From Blepharisma stoltei ATCC 30299 (Eukaryota; Protista; Ciliophora): a stretch of DNA of 64,000 nucleotides. The position numbers and the translations under genes were made by a program. The stretch is taken from positions 372,001 through 436,000 of the forward strand of contig CBFDEM010000040.1 of assembly GCA_965603825.1 (NCBI GenBank), in the 5' to 3' direction. Below the pieces are notes generated by a model, which worked only from the letters and a program-made list of their open reading frames with translations, was not told the DNA's origin and made no database searches. Below are positions 24,298 to 38,472 of this stretch, one piece after another (within the stretch, counting starts at the first letter, position 1; each line of letters opens with the position of its first letter).

Positions 24298-27200
24298 TTA
24301 TTCTTCATCTCTTGTAGCTATTTTGTTTAGCAAATACTGTGACTCTTGAGGGCCAGTAAACATAATCATTTTTCTGAAAAGCGAAGTTTCCTTATTGCCT
24401 AGTTCAAATGGGGTTCCTGACTCTCTGCATGTTCCTTCGTCCATTACTATAATTTTGTCAGTGTCAATTATAGTCCTTAAGCGATGAGCAACAATCAATA
24501 AAGTGCTTTCTTTAAACAGCTTTTTAATCTTCTTCTGAATGAATTTGTCGGTTTCTGGGTCTACGTTTGCAGTAGCTTCGTCCATCATAACAATTTTGTT
24601 TCTTCTAATTAGAGCTCTTGCCAAACATACTAATTGTTTTTGTCCTGCTGATAAATTCCCTCCCTCGCCGACTAGCATCGTATTAAGCCCTTTTGGGTAT
24701 GAATTCACTAAATCTTGCAGCCTAGTTTGCTTAAGAATACTCAAAATTTCTTCTTCTGTGTGCTCATGGAAAGGATCAAGGTTATCTTTAAAGCTTGCCA
24801 TAAATATCGTTGGAAACTGAGGAATAACAGACATCTGTTTTCTTAATTGATGAAGTCCTGCCTGCTTATAGTCTTGGCCATCTATAAATATTGTTCCTTG
24901 AGATGGATCCGTCAGTCTGAACAGGACTTGCATAATTGATGACTTCCCTGCTCCAGTCCTCCCAATAATTCCCACTTTTAATCCAGCCTCAACTGTAAAA
25001 CTTAAGTCTTTGATTACGTCAGGAAAGTTTTCTCGATATCTCATAAAAAGATGATCTACTTCAATTTTTCCTTTATCTATTATAAAATGTTGATTAGTCT
25101 CAAATTTTCCTTCTCTTGGCAACTTTTCATACTGTATCAATCTTTGAGGGGATGCCATTGTATTTTCTGTTTCAACCATCGTTTTTGCCCAAAAAGCAAC
25201 CAAACTTGACATTGAAGCAATTAAAGATATGCTCATTGCAGCCAAGCTACCGCTGATATGATCTTTATACAAAATCAGCACCATTACGTTAAGAGTGTTC
25301 AGAAAAGTCGCTCCTAGCTCAGTGTATCCTTGATAGAATCTTTGAATGACTTGATAGCTAAGAAATGACCTCAGACTTAAAGTAATAGCGTTATGCATAT
25401 CTTTTAAAAATTTTTCTTCAAGGTTTAATGCGCGAATAGTTACGAGGCCATGAACAGAAGAGTTACATAAGGATAAGACAGGGCTTTTCATTATTAGTTC
25501 GATTTTTCTAAGGCTTTTTGATAAAGGAACTACTTTTTTTATCAAATAACCAAGATAAAAAGCAAATCCAAAAATAACAGCTAAATTTGGTGGAGCTACA
25601 ACAGCCATGACAACAATGTTTCCTAATAGCGTAATAGACATATTTAGAAATTCAACAAAAACCATCATTAACAGCTCATCCATCATAAGCGTATCTTTTG
25701 AAAACCTATTGAGCATCCTCCCAGTAGGATTTTTATCAAAAAATACCGAAGCTGTTTTGGTGACACTCTCTAATGCAGAATTGTGAAGCTTTTTCGCACT
25801 TAAAATCAGCCCCAGTCCTAAAGAGTACGCTCTAAGATATGCTAGAATGTATGCTGCAGCGATAATTATGGCGTATACCCATATATTGTAAGCATCATCT
25901 TGGTCAGACTTCGATTCTCTTGCTCATAGTGCAAGCCATCACATAATCATTATATAAGATATTTGAGCAGCTACTATTATCACGAGTAGCACTGGGAAAG
26001 CCAAGCATGTTCTGAACCCAAAAAGCAAAAATTTAAAGTAAACACTAATCGGGACTGAGCCTTTTTCAATTTCTTCTTCTTGTATTGACAATTTATCCTT
26101 TGCAGCAACTTTTTTCTCAGTTTCTTCTTTTACAGCTTCTGGTTTTTCTTCTTTTTCCCCTTCAAATTTACTGAGAAGTTCCCCAACAATGTGTTTCACG
26201 TCAGCTCTTCCTTCAATTTCTTGGTAAGTTCCAAAAAATAATTGATTTCCATTATCCAAAACCAATATTTTGTCAGCCTGAGATATATAATGAATTTGAT
26301 GGGTTGCTAGAATCACAGTTTTTTCTTTTAAATATTCTTTGATGCAATTCTTAAAAATGTGCTCACTTACTTCTGCATCTACAGCACTTAAAGGATCATC
26401 AAGAAGCATTATGTCTCTATTGGTGTAAATTGCTCTTGCCAGACTTACCCTTGCTTTTTGTCCACCGCTTAAAGTAATTCCTCTGTCTCCTACAACTGTA
26501 TTGTCTCCAAAAACAAAACTTTCTATATCATGCTCCAGGGCACACGCATGAATGACAGATTTATACAAACCCTCATCGTATTCTAAACCCATCAATATAT
26601 TATCTCTAATGCTGCTCGAAACAATTCATGGGTCTTCTCCTGAGTATGCAATTTTTCCATTCAAATGAATTTTTCCTGAAGCTAATGCTATTTCTTGCAT
26701 AATCCCCATAAGCAGACTTGTTTTACCACACCCTACAGGTCCAATAACAATTAATAGTTCTCCATGGTCAAGCTTGACATCAATTTCATTTAAAACAATC
26801 TGATTCTCTACTGTAGGAGCAAGAAAATTTTTGGTTGTCTTCAAATCTTCATTTTCCAATGTCTCTATTTCATTCCAAGCCCAGCATGCATTTTTCAAAG
26901 TAACAGCATGCTTTTTACTTTCCGGGAAAATTATGTGCTCTTTATTTTTCATCATCAAAGCGTCAGTCAGCCTTTTCATAGACACAACTAACATAAACAT
27001 CTGCATAATAGCAGCAGCTCCTACATAGGATATTAAATTGTTGCTTATCACTAAAATTGTTACAGCAGCAAAAGTCTCGCCTGGCTTAATTTCATTTCCG
27101 AGGGATACATATATGATAAATGTAATAAAAAGAACGATTCCTATACCTCCTGCTCCAACCATTCTGTTTAAGGAATGAACTGTTAATTTATGAAGTGCTT

Positions 27201-28083
27201 CTTTGATTTCTTGTCTTCTCTTATTATAAATAAGGTCTAAATATGGTTCTTCCCATCCATAAAGCTTTACTATTCTGATCCCTTCTATCAAATTTGTAAT
27301 CATCTTTATACGAGAATCCGCAAAAAGAGCAACCTTTACCCTGAATTTTCCAGCTCATTTTGCTAAAAAAAGGACGATAGGGAAATGGAAAATTACAATA
27401 ATCAAGCCAATAACTCCAGCTGGACCTAAGAAAAAGCCTAGAATTAAGAAAGCACCTATCAGAAAAGTTGGAATTGAAAAGAGAAAAACTAATGTCACGA
27501 GACCATCAATAAATTCTACTTCTGATGCTATTAAATTGGCGAGCTTTCCTTTAATATTACCTTGATTTAAGGTCAAGTTTGATAGTTTTAACACTTTTTT
27601 GTACATTAAGCATGGGATGATTGCTTTAATTCTTGCAATCAAAGTGTATACGCGGAAGGTAGAGAGATTCATGCAGTAATAAGATACAAAAGCAGTGGCA
27701 GCATAAGCTATGACATAGCCTGCACCTTCATAGCCCTTAGCGTTGTCATCAGTCATGTATCTTGTCAGATAAATCACAAGAACTGCTTGAACTAATGAAA
27801 GATTATTTGCGAAAATCCCTGGCAAGCTAAATTTTAGGAATTCCCAGCCAAATTCTCTTATTAATACTCTTTTGAAGCTTGGGTGCGGCTTCCTGGCTTC
27901 TTCATTCCATGCAATCTCAAGTTGAGTTAATGATTCCTCAAAATTAATTCTCTTAGGAACGTCAATTAAGTTCTGAGGAGAAGGCTTATTTTTATTTCAA
28001 AACCTCAGGCATGGGAATGTTCATGTCATAAGAAGGTCATTGAAAATATTCGCCTTGTCATAGGCAAAAACAGGACTAGACAT
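24298..28083 (-). CDS. ABCC/MRP short-type ABC transporter, paralog 1 (~1261 aa)
   Basis: Four ORF-track pieces share one frame separated only by TGA. GPVGCGKT, LSGGQKAR, GRTGAGKS, LSAGQKQ, DEATANVD. Confidence 0.95.
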
Positions 28084-28656
28084 TTATTATCCAACAGACG
28101 TCTCTAAATATAAATGAGCAGCTTGGAGAATAGTTAAGAGAATGAATAAAGAGAGAGGACTTAGATAAAAGAATCTGAAAGTCAGAAAAAATTTCATGGG
28201 AAATAAATTTCCAAATTAATTATTATCTTTTTACAATTATAGCAACTCTATTTATTCTTAATTGGTTTGATTCTAGAGATTTTAACAGTTCTTATTTCTG
28301 ATTGAGTCTAATATGGTTGAATAAGCCTATTAGGAGTTATCAAAAAATTATGAGGGAATTTTAGTTAATTTTTACAAGTTATTAGAATTAGTCGACAAAA
28401 ATGAAAAAGATAGGATAAATATGGAGTCTAAAAATTATACATATGAACTAGTTATTAAGAAAATTAATCTGAAAGTCTGAAGATTCAAAATGTTTTATGA
28501 AAACTTGCCAAATTAATTTACAACTTCCTATCAGATATATTTTAAAATAATTATATGCTAAACGTACAGTGACTTGTAAAATTAAGCCTCTCAAACTTAA
28601 GAAATTAATTATTTTGTAGCAAACGTCTAATTAAATTTTTGATAAAATAATTTAAA

Positions 28657-31600
28657 TTATTTTCCTTTTGTTGCAATTTTACTTAATAGAAATTCTGACT
28701 CTTGATCACCTGTAAACATAATCATTTTTCTGAAAAGAGAAGTCTCCTTGTTTCCTAGTTCGTATGGAGTCCCTATCTCTTTACATGTTCCTTTGTCCAT
28801 TACTATAATTTTGTCCGTGTCAATAATAGTCCTTAAGCGATGAGCAACAATCAATAAAGTGCTTTCTTTAAACAGCTTTTTAATCTTCTTCTGAATGAAT
28901 TTGTCGGTTTCTGGGTCAACATTCGCAGTAGCTTCATCCATCATAACAATTTTGTTTCTTCTAATTAGGGCTCTTGCCAAACAAACTAGTTGTTTTTGTC
29001 CTGCTGATAAACTCCCCCCCTCACCGACTAGCATTGTATCAAGCCCTTTTGCATATGAATTCACTAAATCTTGCAGCCTAGTTTGCTTAAGAATACTCAA
29101 AATTTCTTCTTCTGTGTGCTCATGGAAAGGATCAAGGTTATCTTTAAAGCTTGCCATAAATATCGTTGGAAACTGAGGAATAACAGACATCTGTTTTCTT
29201 AATTGATGAAATCCTGCCTGCTTATAGTCTTGGCCATCTATAAATATTGTTCCTTGAGATGGATCAGTCAGTCTGAATAGGACTTGCATAATTGATGACT
29301 TCCCTGCTCCAGTCCTTCCAATAATTCCCACTTTTAATCCTGCTTCAATTATGAAGCTTAAGTCTTTGATTACGTCAGGAAAGTTTTCTCTGTATCTCAT
29401 ATAGAGATGACTGAATTCAATCTTTCCTTTGGTGATGCTGAAACGTTGATCAAGTTCATATGCTCCTTCTCTTGGAAGCTTTCTGTATTGCATAACTCTT
29501 TGCGGTGAAGCCATAGTATTTTCTGTTTCAACCATAGACTTTCCCCAATGAGAAACTAAGTTTGTAGAAGATGCAATAAGCGATATACTCATGGCTGCAT
29601 AGCTTCCACTTATATCATCTTTGTAAAGAACAAGTATGACAACATTGAGAATATTAAGGATTGTGGCCCCTAATTCGGTATATCCTTGATAAAACCTTCT
29701 GATAATTGTATAGCTAATAAATGACCGAAGACTTAATGAAACAGCATCAGCCATATCTTTTATAAACTTTTGTTCAAGATTTAATGCCCGAATTGTAGTC
29801 AGCCCATTAACTGAGGAATTTGATAGAGACAATATTGGGCTTTTCATAATTAAATCAAGCTTTCGGAGATCTTTTGACACTGGAACAACTTTTTTTACTA
29901 AAATGAATAGGTAAAGAGCAAATCCAGAAATAATTGCTAAATTTGTAGGAGCAATTATAGCTATGACTATGATATTTCCAAATAAAGCAGTTGATTGGGA
30001 TAGAAAATCAATGAATAGCATTGCGAGAAGCTCATCCATCATTAGTGTATCCTTTGAAAATCTGTTAATCATCCTTCCAGTCGGATTTTTATCAAAAAAT
30101 GATGTGATCGTTCTAGTCACACTTTCAAGTGCAGCATTGTGAAGCTTTTTAGCGCTAAGAAGAAGTCCAAAGCCTAGTGAATAAATCTTTAAATAAGACA
30201 ATAAATAAGTCGATAGGATAATAAGAGCATAAATTCACATATAAAAAGGGTCTTTTTGTTCTGATTCTGACTCTTTTGCCCACAATGCCAGCCATCACAT
30301 TATCATTAAATAACAGGTTTGAGAAGCTACAACTATTGAGATCACAACTGGAAAGATAAGCCACGTTCTGAACCCAAATAGCCAAAACTTAAAATAAGTG
30401 CTCAATGGAACCGAGCCATTCTCAATTTCTTCTTCTTCTATCGACAATTTATCTTTTATTGCAGCTTCTTCCTTAATCCCATCTCTTCTTTTTTCAACTA
30501 TTTCATTTTTATCTCCATCAATTTTAGTAAGAAGCTCTCCTACAATATACTTAAGTTCTTCTTTGCCTTGCAATTCTATATAGGTTCCAAAAAATAGTTG
30601 ATTTCCATTATCTAAGATTAAAATTTTATCAGCTTGAGCTAGATAATGAATCTGATGGGTTGCTAGAATCACAGTTTTTTCTTTTAAATATTCTTTGATA
30701 CAATGCTTAAAAATATGCTCGCTTACTTCTGCATCGACTGCGCTTAAAGGATCGTCAAGAAGCATTATGTCTCTATTAGTGTAAATTGCTCTTGCTAAAC
30801 TCACCCTTGCTTTTTGTCCCCCACTCAAAGTAATTCCTCTGTCACCTACAACAGTATTATCACCAAATGCTAAACTCTCTATATCATGCTCTAAAGCACA
30901 AGCATGAATAACTGACTTATATAAAGTTTCGTTGTATTCCAGACCCATCAAAATGTTATCTCTGATAGTAGATGGGGTTATTCATGGGTCTTCTCCAGAG
31001 TATGAAACTTTTCCATTTAAACTGATTTTTCCTGAGCTCAATGCTATTTCTTGCATTATCCCCATAAGCAAACTTGTTTTACCACATCCAACAGGTCCAA
31101 TAACAGCCAATAATTCTCCTTTTTTGACTTTTAGATTTATTTCATTCAAGCAGCTAAGATTATCCTCTGAAGTTGTAATAAAATTTCTGCTGGTAATAAA
31201 GTTCTCAGTATCATACGTTTTAATCTCGCTCCAAGTAAAGCTGGCATTTTCTAAGCATACTTCATAATTAGAATTTTCTTTGAATTCTATAGATTCTTTA
31301 TTTTTCATCATTAGAAAGTCAGTCAATCTTTTCATTGACACAGTCAGCATATAAATTAGTATAATTGCAGTAGCTCCTACATCTGCTATTAAGCTATGAC
31401 CTATGACTAAAATGGTGACTGTAGAAAATGTTACACCTGGCTCTATTGTGTTTCCAAGGTAGATGTAAATTATGAAAGTCACTAATAAAACTACTCCTAC
31501 TCCTCCAGGGCCTGCCATTTTGTTTAGAGAATGCACTTTAAGCTTGTGAAGGGCTTCTTTAATTTCTTGTGTTCGCTTGTAGTAAATACGGTCTAAATAC

Positions 31601-32439
31601 GGATCTTCCCATCCATATAATTTTACTATTCTGATACCCTCAATTAAATTTGTAATCATTTTTATCCGAGAATCAGCAAAAAGGGCAACTTTGACTCTAA
31701 ACCTTCCTGCCCACCTGGCAAGTAGAATCACAAGAGGAAAATGAATTATGGATATTAAAAGGCCAATAATACCCGCAGGCCCCAAATAAAAACCCAAAAT
31801 AAAGAAAGCACCTATCATAAATGTTGGAATTGAAAGTAGAAAAGTCAAAGATGCCAAGCCATCCATAAATTCTACCTCAGATGCTATCAAATTGGCTAGT
31901 TTACCCTTGATGTTACCCTGATTTAAGCTGATATTGGAAAGTTTCAGCAATTTCTTATACAGTAGGCATGGAATGATGGCCTTAATTCTTGCGATTAATG
32001 CGTAAACCCTAAAGCTTGAGAGATTCAAAAAATAATACAAGCTTAATGATGTAATGGCATAGGCAATTACATATAGAATGCCATCGATGCTATTAGCATT
32101 ATTATCTGTCATATATTGAGTAAGATATATGACAAGTATTGCCTGAACCAGTGAAAGATTATTCGCAAAAATTCCTGGTATGCAGAATTTAATGAATTCC
32201 CAACCAAATTCTTTAATCAAGACACTTCTGAAACTTGGATGTGGCTTTTTGGATTCTATTTCCCACGCTTTTTCTAAGCGCAAAAGGGACTCATCGAATT
32301 TAATTCGTTTTGGAACTTCAACTAAGTTTTGAGGTAAGGGCTTATTTTTATTTCAGAAATAAATGCATGGAAAGGCTCACGTCATAAATAAATCATTGAA
32401 TATGTTTGCTTTATCGTAAGCAAAAACTGGGTTGGACAT
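28657..32439 (-). CDS. ABCC/MRP short-type ABC transporter, paralog 2 (~1260 aa)
   Basis: Same TMD1-NBD1-TMD2-NBD2 layout; start MSNPVFAYDKAN; one frame with TGA=Trp. Confidence 0.95.
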
Positions 32440-33014
32440 GTATATATATATTTGTATGATCATTTTGTGGTAAATAAATGTCTAGCAAATACTCAAAAAA
32501 TCTTTTCAAGAAAACTTTAATTAAGCCTATATGTAGCAAACTAAAGATATTTTTGGGTTTATATTAAGTAATAAAGCTGTTTTTGATTATAAGTACGCAA
32601 AACTTCAAGTTTTATTTTTAAAAAAAATTTTTACTATCCTCATAAGAACAAATTTATAAAAATATTTTATCTATACCATAAATAAGCATAATATCACTTC
32701 TTAAATGCAATGACTTATCAATATCCTTCAAACATTAATTAGCTTATAAAACTTATTTATATCAATTAAATAAAATAAGCTAAACTTTAATTGAAACTAT
32801 CCTTTAGATTCATAGATTCAATTTATATTTTAGCTCTAGCTTTTTATCTGTACCATTCTTATCAAAATAAAGCAAAATTTTAAATTTAATCAAAATAAAT
32901 GTCAGTGCAATTATGAAGATTTTAATATTAAATTTAAATTTCGCAAAATTGTCAAGCCTAAAATAGACCAAATTATGTACAAAAATTTTACATTTTTAGA
33001 ATTATGAAAAAAGC

Positions 33015-33760
33015 CTGAAAATAACCTACAATGGTCAAGATGTCGGAAAATACCTCAAGAAATATCTAACTTAGTAATCACGCCACAAAAGCACTTAGGT
33101 CGGCTTGCCATCTGGATAGGAACATCTTCGATAGAGTGGCAACAGAAACTCTATTAGAATTGAAGACTATAGATGGGCAGGCAATGAAGGCACGGAGCAT
33201 AGCTGCGGAGTAGGATTTTTAATTGCGGAAGGATAATGAAGCATGTCAAGCTTGTTGGTGAGGGAATAGCAGAAAATTTAGGTCAGGATCACAGCTATGG
33301 AAATTGGGAAAATGAATATTATTAAATGCTACTCGCAGGTTAATTCGGAGGCGGCAGAAGTGAAGAGCGATTTCATGCAGGGCATGCAAAGAGCTATAGA
33401 TGAAGTAAAAGGATTTGAGGGAAAAGGAAAAGGAAAGTAAAGCTTATATCCAAGGCCATAGGTCTGAGGGAGCAAATGATAAAGGAAATTCTATAAATAG
33501 CGTGTAAATTTGTGCTTGGCATACTTCATCGAAGCAATATAACATTCACAGGGAGGAGAGAGAAGCCCAGCTGCATTGACTATCCACTAGCTACACACAA
33601 TCTTAGAGATAAAATTCAGCATTAACAAGTATTAGAAGATAACTCAGTAGGAAGCTTCTTTTGGAGTCAATGTTGAGAGAGGATTATGAGGCAAAATCAT
33701 AGATATAATCAGTAAAAAAGGCTCAGTTAAGGTAAATGGGAGTTAACTTTAAATACCAAG
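33015..33760 (+). mobile_element. Decayed non-LTR retrotransposon APE endonuclease domain
   Basis: Frameshifted fragments in the expected order: ITYNGQ; YRWAGNEGTEHSCGVGFLI; RITAMEIGKMNIIKCYSQVN..EVKSDFMQ; ANDKG; ITFTGRREKPSCIDY. G/A-rich island in AT-rich intergenic DNA. Confidence 0.75.
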
Positions 33761-34296
33761 CAACTTCAAGTAATTTGGGTTCATGCTAGGGAAAAAAATC
33801 AAGAGTGCTAGGCACTTCGGAAACAGGCTTAAGTCAGTGAAGAGTATGTTGAGAGTTTCTAGGTATATTGAAATGCTAGATGGAGTAATAATAGATGCTA
33901 AAAGCAATCATTTTATTATAAATTCTATTATAATATTCTTTTGCTGTATTTTTCCCTATTAGACTCTCTAGCTTCCAAGTAGCTTCATAGCTGACTCCAC
34001 ACTTTTTATTTAAAAGTGGGCTAGAATTCGATAAATGGAGTCTTTTAATGGTAAAAAAATTTAGTCTATGAATCTATAGTCTTGAAAACAACTTATACTT
34101 ATTTGAACATTTGAGTCTAATTTAAAACTCTATGAAGGAGGACTAGCATTAGCGTCTTATGCAAAGCATATGGCAACTCAGATAATGTCTTTGGCTTCTA
34201 TTTTTATATAGGTCTTAAGTTTTAATATAAAAACTATTATCTAGACTTAGCATTGCTTTTATCATCTTATTATGAGTAAAAAATATATTAGTTTAC

Positions 34297-37200
34297 TTAA
34301 TCTTCAAACAATGAAATTTTCTTTAGCAAGTGCTGTGACTCTTGAGGTCCTGTACTTATAATCATTTTCCTAAATACTGATTTTTCGTTATTTCCCAATT
34401 CATAAGGAGATCCATACTCTTTGCATGTTCCAGACTCCATAAAAATGATCATATCCGCATCAATAACAGTTCTTAGTCTATGAGCTACAATTAGCACAGT
34501 GCTTTCTGAAAACTTGGTCTTGATTTGTTTGTGGATGAATTTGTCAGTCTCATGGTCTACATTTGCAGTAGCTTCATCCATCATCACAATTTTATTCTTT
34601 CTTATAAGTGCTCTTGCTAAACATATCAACTGTTTTTCTCCTGCCGATAAATTCCCTCCTTCCCCAATAAGCATAGTATTTAACCCTTTTGCATACGAAT
34701 TGATGAGGCCTGACAGTTTAGTTTGCTGTATCACATCAATAATTTCTTCATCAGAATGCTCATGAAATGGATCAAGATTATCCCTAAAACTAGCCATAAA
34801 AATTGTAGGAAACTGCGGAATTACTGACATTTGTTTTCTAAGCTGATGGAGGCCAGTATATCTATAATCTTGGCTATCAAGAAGTATAGTGCCAGAGCAT
34901 GGATTGGTAAGTCTAAAAAGGACTTGCATTATAGAAGATTTTCCAGCTCCAGTGCGGCCAACTATCCCGACTGTTTTTCCAGCTTCAATAGTCAAGGAAA
35001 GGTCTTTTAAGACAAGGTCAAAGTTATCCCTATATTTCATAGAAAGGTTTTGGAACTCAATTTTACCTTTGGTGATGTGAAATGGCTCTTTAGTCTCAAA
35101 TTCTCCTTCACTTGGCATGTCTGCATATTCTATCAACCTTTGAGGAGATGCCATAAGATTTTCAGTTTCTACCATAGTCTTAGCCCAATAGCCTGAAACC
35201 CCACAGCAGGAAATAATTAATGAAATACTCATGGCAACCAAACTTTTATCCATTGTGTCTTTATAGAGCAGGAAGACAATGATATTTATGACATTAACTA
35301 CGTTAGCTCCGAACTCTGTATAGACTTGGCTGCATCTTAGGACAACTTGATATCCTAGCAAAGCCCTCATATTAAAAGTGATTGCATCTTTCATGTCTTG
35401 GATGAATTTTGATTGGAATCCAAGAGTTCTTATTGTCACTAACCCATGCACAGAGGAATTTACTAATGATAGAATCGGGCTTTTAGAAACCATTTCAATT
35501 CTTCTTAGATCCTTTGTCACAGGAACAATATACCGCATAAGTAGAGTTAAATAAACAATTAGCCCAAAAAGCACAGCTACATTTGGAGGAGCAATAATAA
35601 CAGCTACAACAATATTGGCAAGCAAAGTAACTGTATTATTAATCAAATCAAAGAAGAAAATTGTTAAAACTTCATCCATAACCAAAGTGTCTTTAGAAAA
35701 GCGATTTATCATTCTCCCTGTAGGATTTTTATCATAAAAAACAGATTCTGCCTTCGTCATTCCTTCTAAAGCTTTATTGTGTAGATGCTTTGAAGAAATA
35801 ATCATCCCAACTCCAAGAATATAACCTCTAATGTAGGCAAAAATATAATGAGCAATAACAATTATAGCTAAAATTCATAAATAAATGGAGTCTTCTTGAT
35901 CTGAATCTGATTGTGAAGCCCATATAGCAAGCCATCAAACAATCGCAATATAAAAGACTTGAGCAATAATTAAGACTAAAGCAACAAGCGGAAAAATCAA
36001 GTATGATTTATAGCCATAAATCAAAAATCTAAAATAAATTGAAATTGGAACTGACCCGCTTGCTCTTTCCTCTTCTTGTATAGTCAGCTTGTCTTTTGTT
36101 TCTGCTGTTTTCTCTCCCCCTTCTGTTTCTCTTTTCTTTAAAACTTCTAATTCTTCTTCATCTTTTTCTTTCCTTAATTCTCCTACGATATGCGAAATAT
36201 CTTCTCTTTCTATCAACTCTTGGTAGTTTCCAAAAAATACTTGCCTTCCTTTTTCCAAGACTAAAATTTTATCAGCATCAGACATGAAATGTATTTGATG
36301 AGTGGCTAAAACGACTGTTTTGTCTTTCAGCACTTCTTTAATACATTTTTCAAATAGATGGTGGCCAACTTCAGCATCGACAGCACTCAAGGGATCATCT
36401 AGGAGAACAATATCGCGCTTCGAATAGACAGCTCTAGCAAGACTTAGCCTGGCTTTTTGTCCTCCACTGAGAGTTATACCTCTATCACCTACTACTGTAT
36501 TATCTTTGAAAGGGAAACTTTCGATATCTTTTTCCAAAGCACAGGCTCGAAGAGTCTTTCTATAGAATTCTTCATCAAGCTCAGTTCCCATTAATATATT
36601 ATCTTTGAGGCTTCCTGGGATTATTCATGGATCATCTCCTGCAAATGAAATTCTTTCTCCAATATTAAGCTTGCCATCTACAAGAGGGATTTCTTGAAGC
36701 AAGCCCATGAGTAAGCTACTTTTACCACAGCCAACTGGACCAATTACAACAAGAAGCTCTCCTGGTGTTATTTTAATATTTAAATTTGAGAGAACCAGTT
36801 CATTTGTTGCAGTTGTAGGTTCAATTAAATTTTCTTGGGTTTTATGGCTGTTTTCTTCAGGAATCTCATTCCATGCAAAAGAAGCATTTTTAGCTTGAAC
36901 TGCATATTTTTCGCTCTCATTAACAGCTTTTGGGTTTCTGCCTTTCATTAGTAAAGTCTCTGTAATTCTTTTCATCGAAATTGCAAATAAAAATAATTGG
37001 ACCACAGACATTGCACCAACAATTGAAACGAGAATATGTGTGACCATTAAAATCGTTACAGTGCTAAACACAACTCCAGGATCTAAGGAGTTTCCTAATC
37101 CCCATTGTATAGCAAAAGTCACAAAAAGCACTAATCCAACTCCCCCACCACCAATCATCCTATAAAGACATAAAAAATTAATTTTGCTGATCGCAGCTTT

Positions 37201-38079
37201 AATCTCAGCTCTTCTTTTCAAAAAAATTGATTCTAAATATGGAGATTCCCATCCATAAAGCTTGACAATTCTAATTCCTTCAATCAAATTTGTGATCATT
37301 TTTATTCTTCCATCAGTATGCAGGGCAACTTTCATCCTATATTTTCCTGTCATTTTTCCTAAAATAAAGTTTATAGGGCAGTGCAGTATGACGACAAGAA
37401 TGCCAATTATACCAGCAACACCTATAGTAAAGCCTAAAATCAAAAATGCACCTATGAGATAGGTTGGAATAGCAAAAAGTAGTATTAAGACTATCATTTG
37501 ATCCATAAATTCAAGCTCTGAAGCAATGACATTTGCGACTTTTCCCTTTGCATTACCTTGGGATATCACTGTATGAGAAACATTGAGGATTTTTTTATAT
37601 AAAAGCATTGGGACGATGGCTTTTACTCTAATAATTAGGGTTCAGACCTTAAAAACAGAATAATTCAAAAGCAAAAAATTGCCAAGTGATGCTCCAGCAT
37701 AAGCTATTACATAACAAGCACCGACCCAGGTTTCTGTGCCACTATCTTGTATGAAGTTAATTAGATAAATGACTAATAAAGATTGGATCAAGCTTAGGTT
37801 GTAACCAATAATGCCAGGGACAAAATATTTTAAGCAGTCCCATCAAATTACTCTCATTAATGCTTTAAAGAATTTGGGCTTGGGCTTTGCTAATTCTTTC
37901 TCTCACTCAATTTCTAAGGCTTCAAAAGTCTCATTAATATAAAAGGTTTTTGGGACTTTTAATAAATTTGAGGGTTCAGGAGGATGTTTTTTATAAAAGT
38001 TTATAACAGGAAAAGCCCAGGTGAAGAATAAATCTTTGAAAATATTTGAAGAATCGTAGCTAAACTTTGGCTCTTCCAT
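34297..38079 (-). CDS. ABCC/MRP short-type ABC transporter, paralog 3 (~1260 aa, more divergent)
   Basis: Start MEEPKFSYDSSNIF; one frame with TGA=Trp; both NBD motif sets present. Confidence 0.95.
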
Positions 38080-38472
38080 TTATTATAGACCGCGAGAATT
38101 TAGAATATTAAGTCGCCATTCTGGTAGGCTCTGGTGTAGAGGAATTCAAAAACATGGGGTCGATATTTTAATGAGAAAAACTATGGCGAGTGAATGAGTT
38201 AAAAATAATACTCTGTATCGAATAAGCTCAATATTTATGCTTGCTCTTCATAGTCTATTTTGACAATTTGAAAGTCGAGTTCATTAATTATTTAATTGGA
38301 ATAAAATGCTTATATTCAGACTTACTTAGAATTTATAAAAATTATCCCTTTTTCATTTTTGCATTTCGAGACTTTAATTTCAATTCAAACCATGACTTAA
38401 CTTTTTTATATCAATAACTTTTATAAATTAGTTCTCTAAATAGATTAAAAATGTATTTTTTCACTTTTTAAA

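Noticed and set aside
24539-34765. Repeated plus-strand ORFs (MNLSVSGSTFAVASS...) at 24539, 28895 and 34499
   Set aside because: Antisense shadows of the conserved ABCC NBD2.
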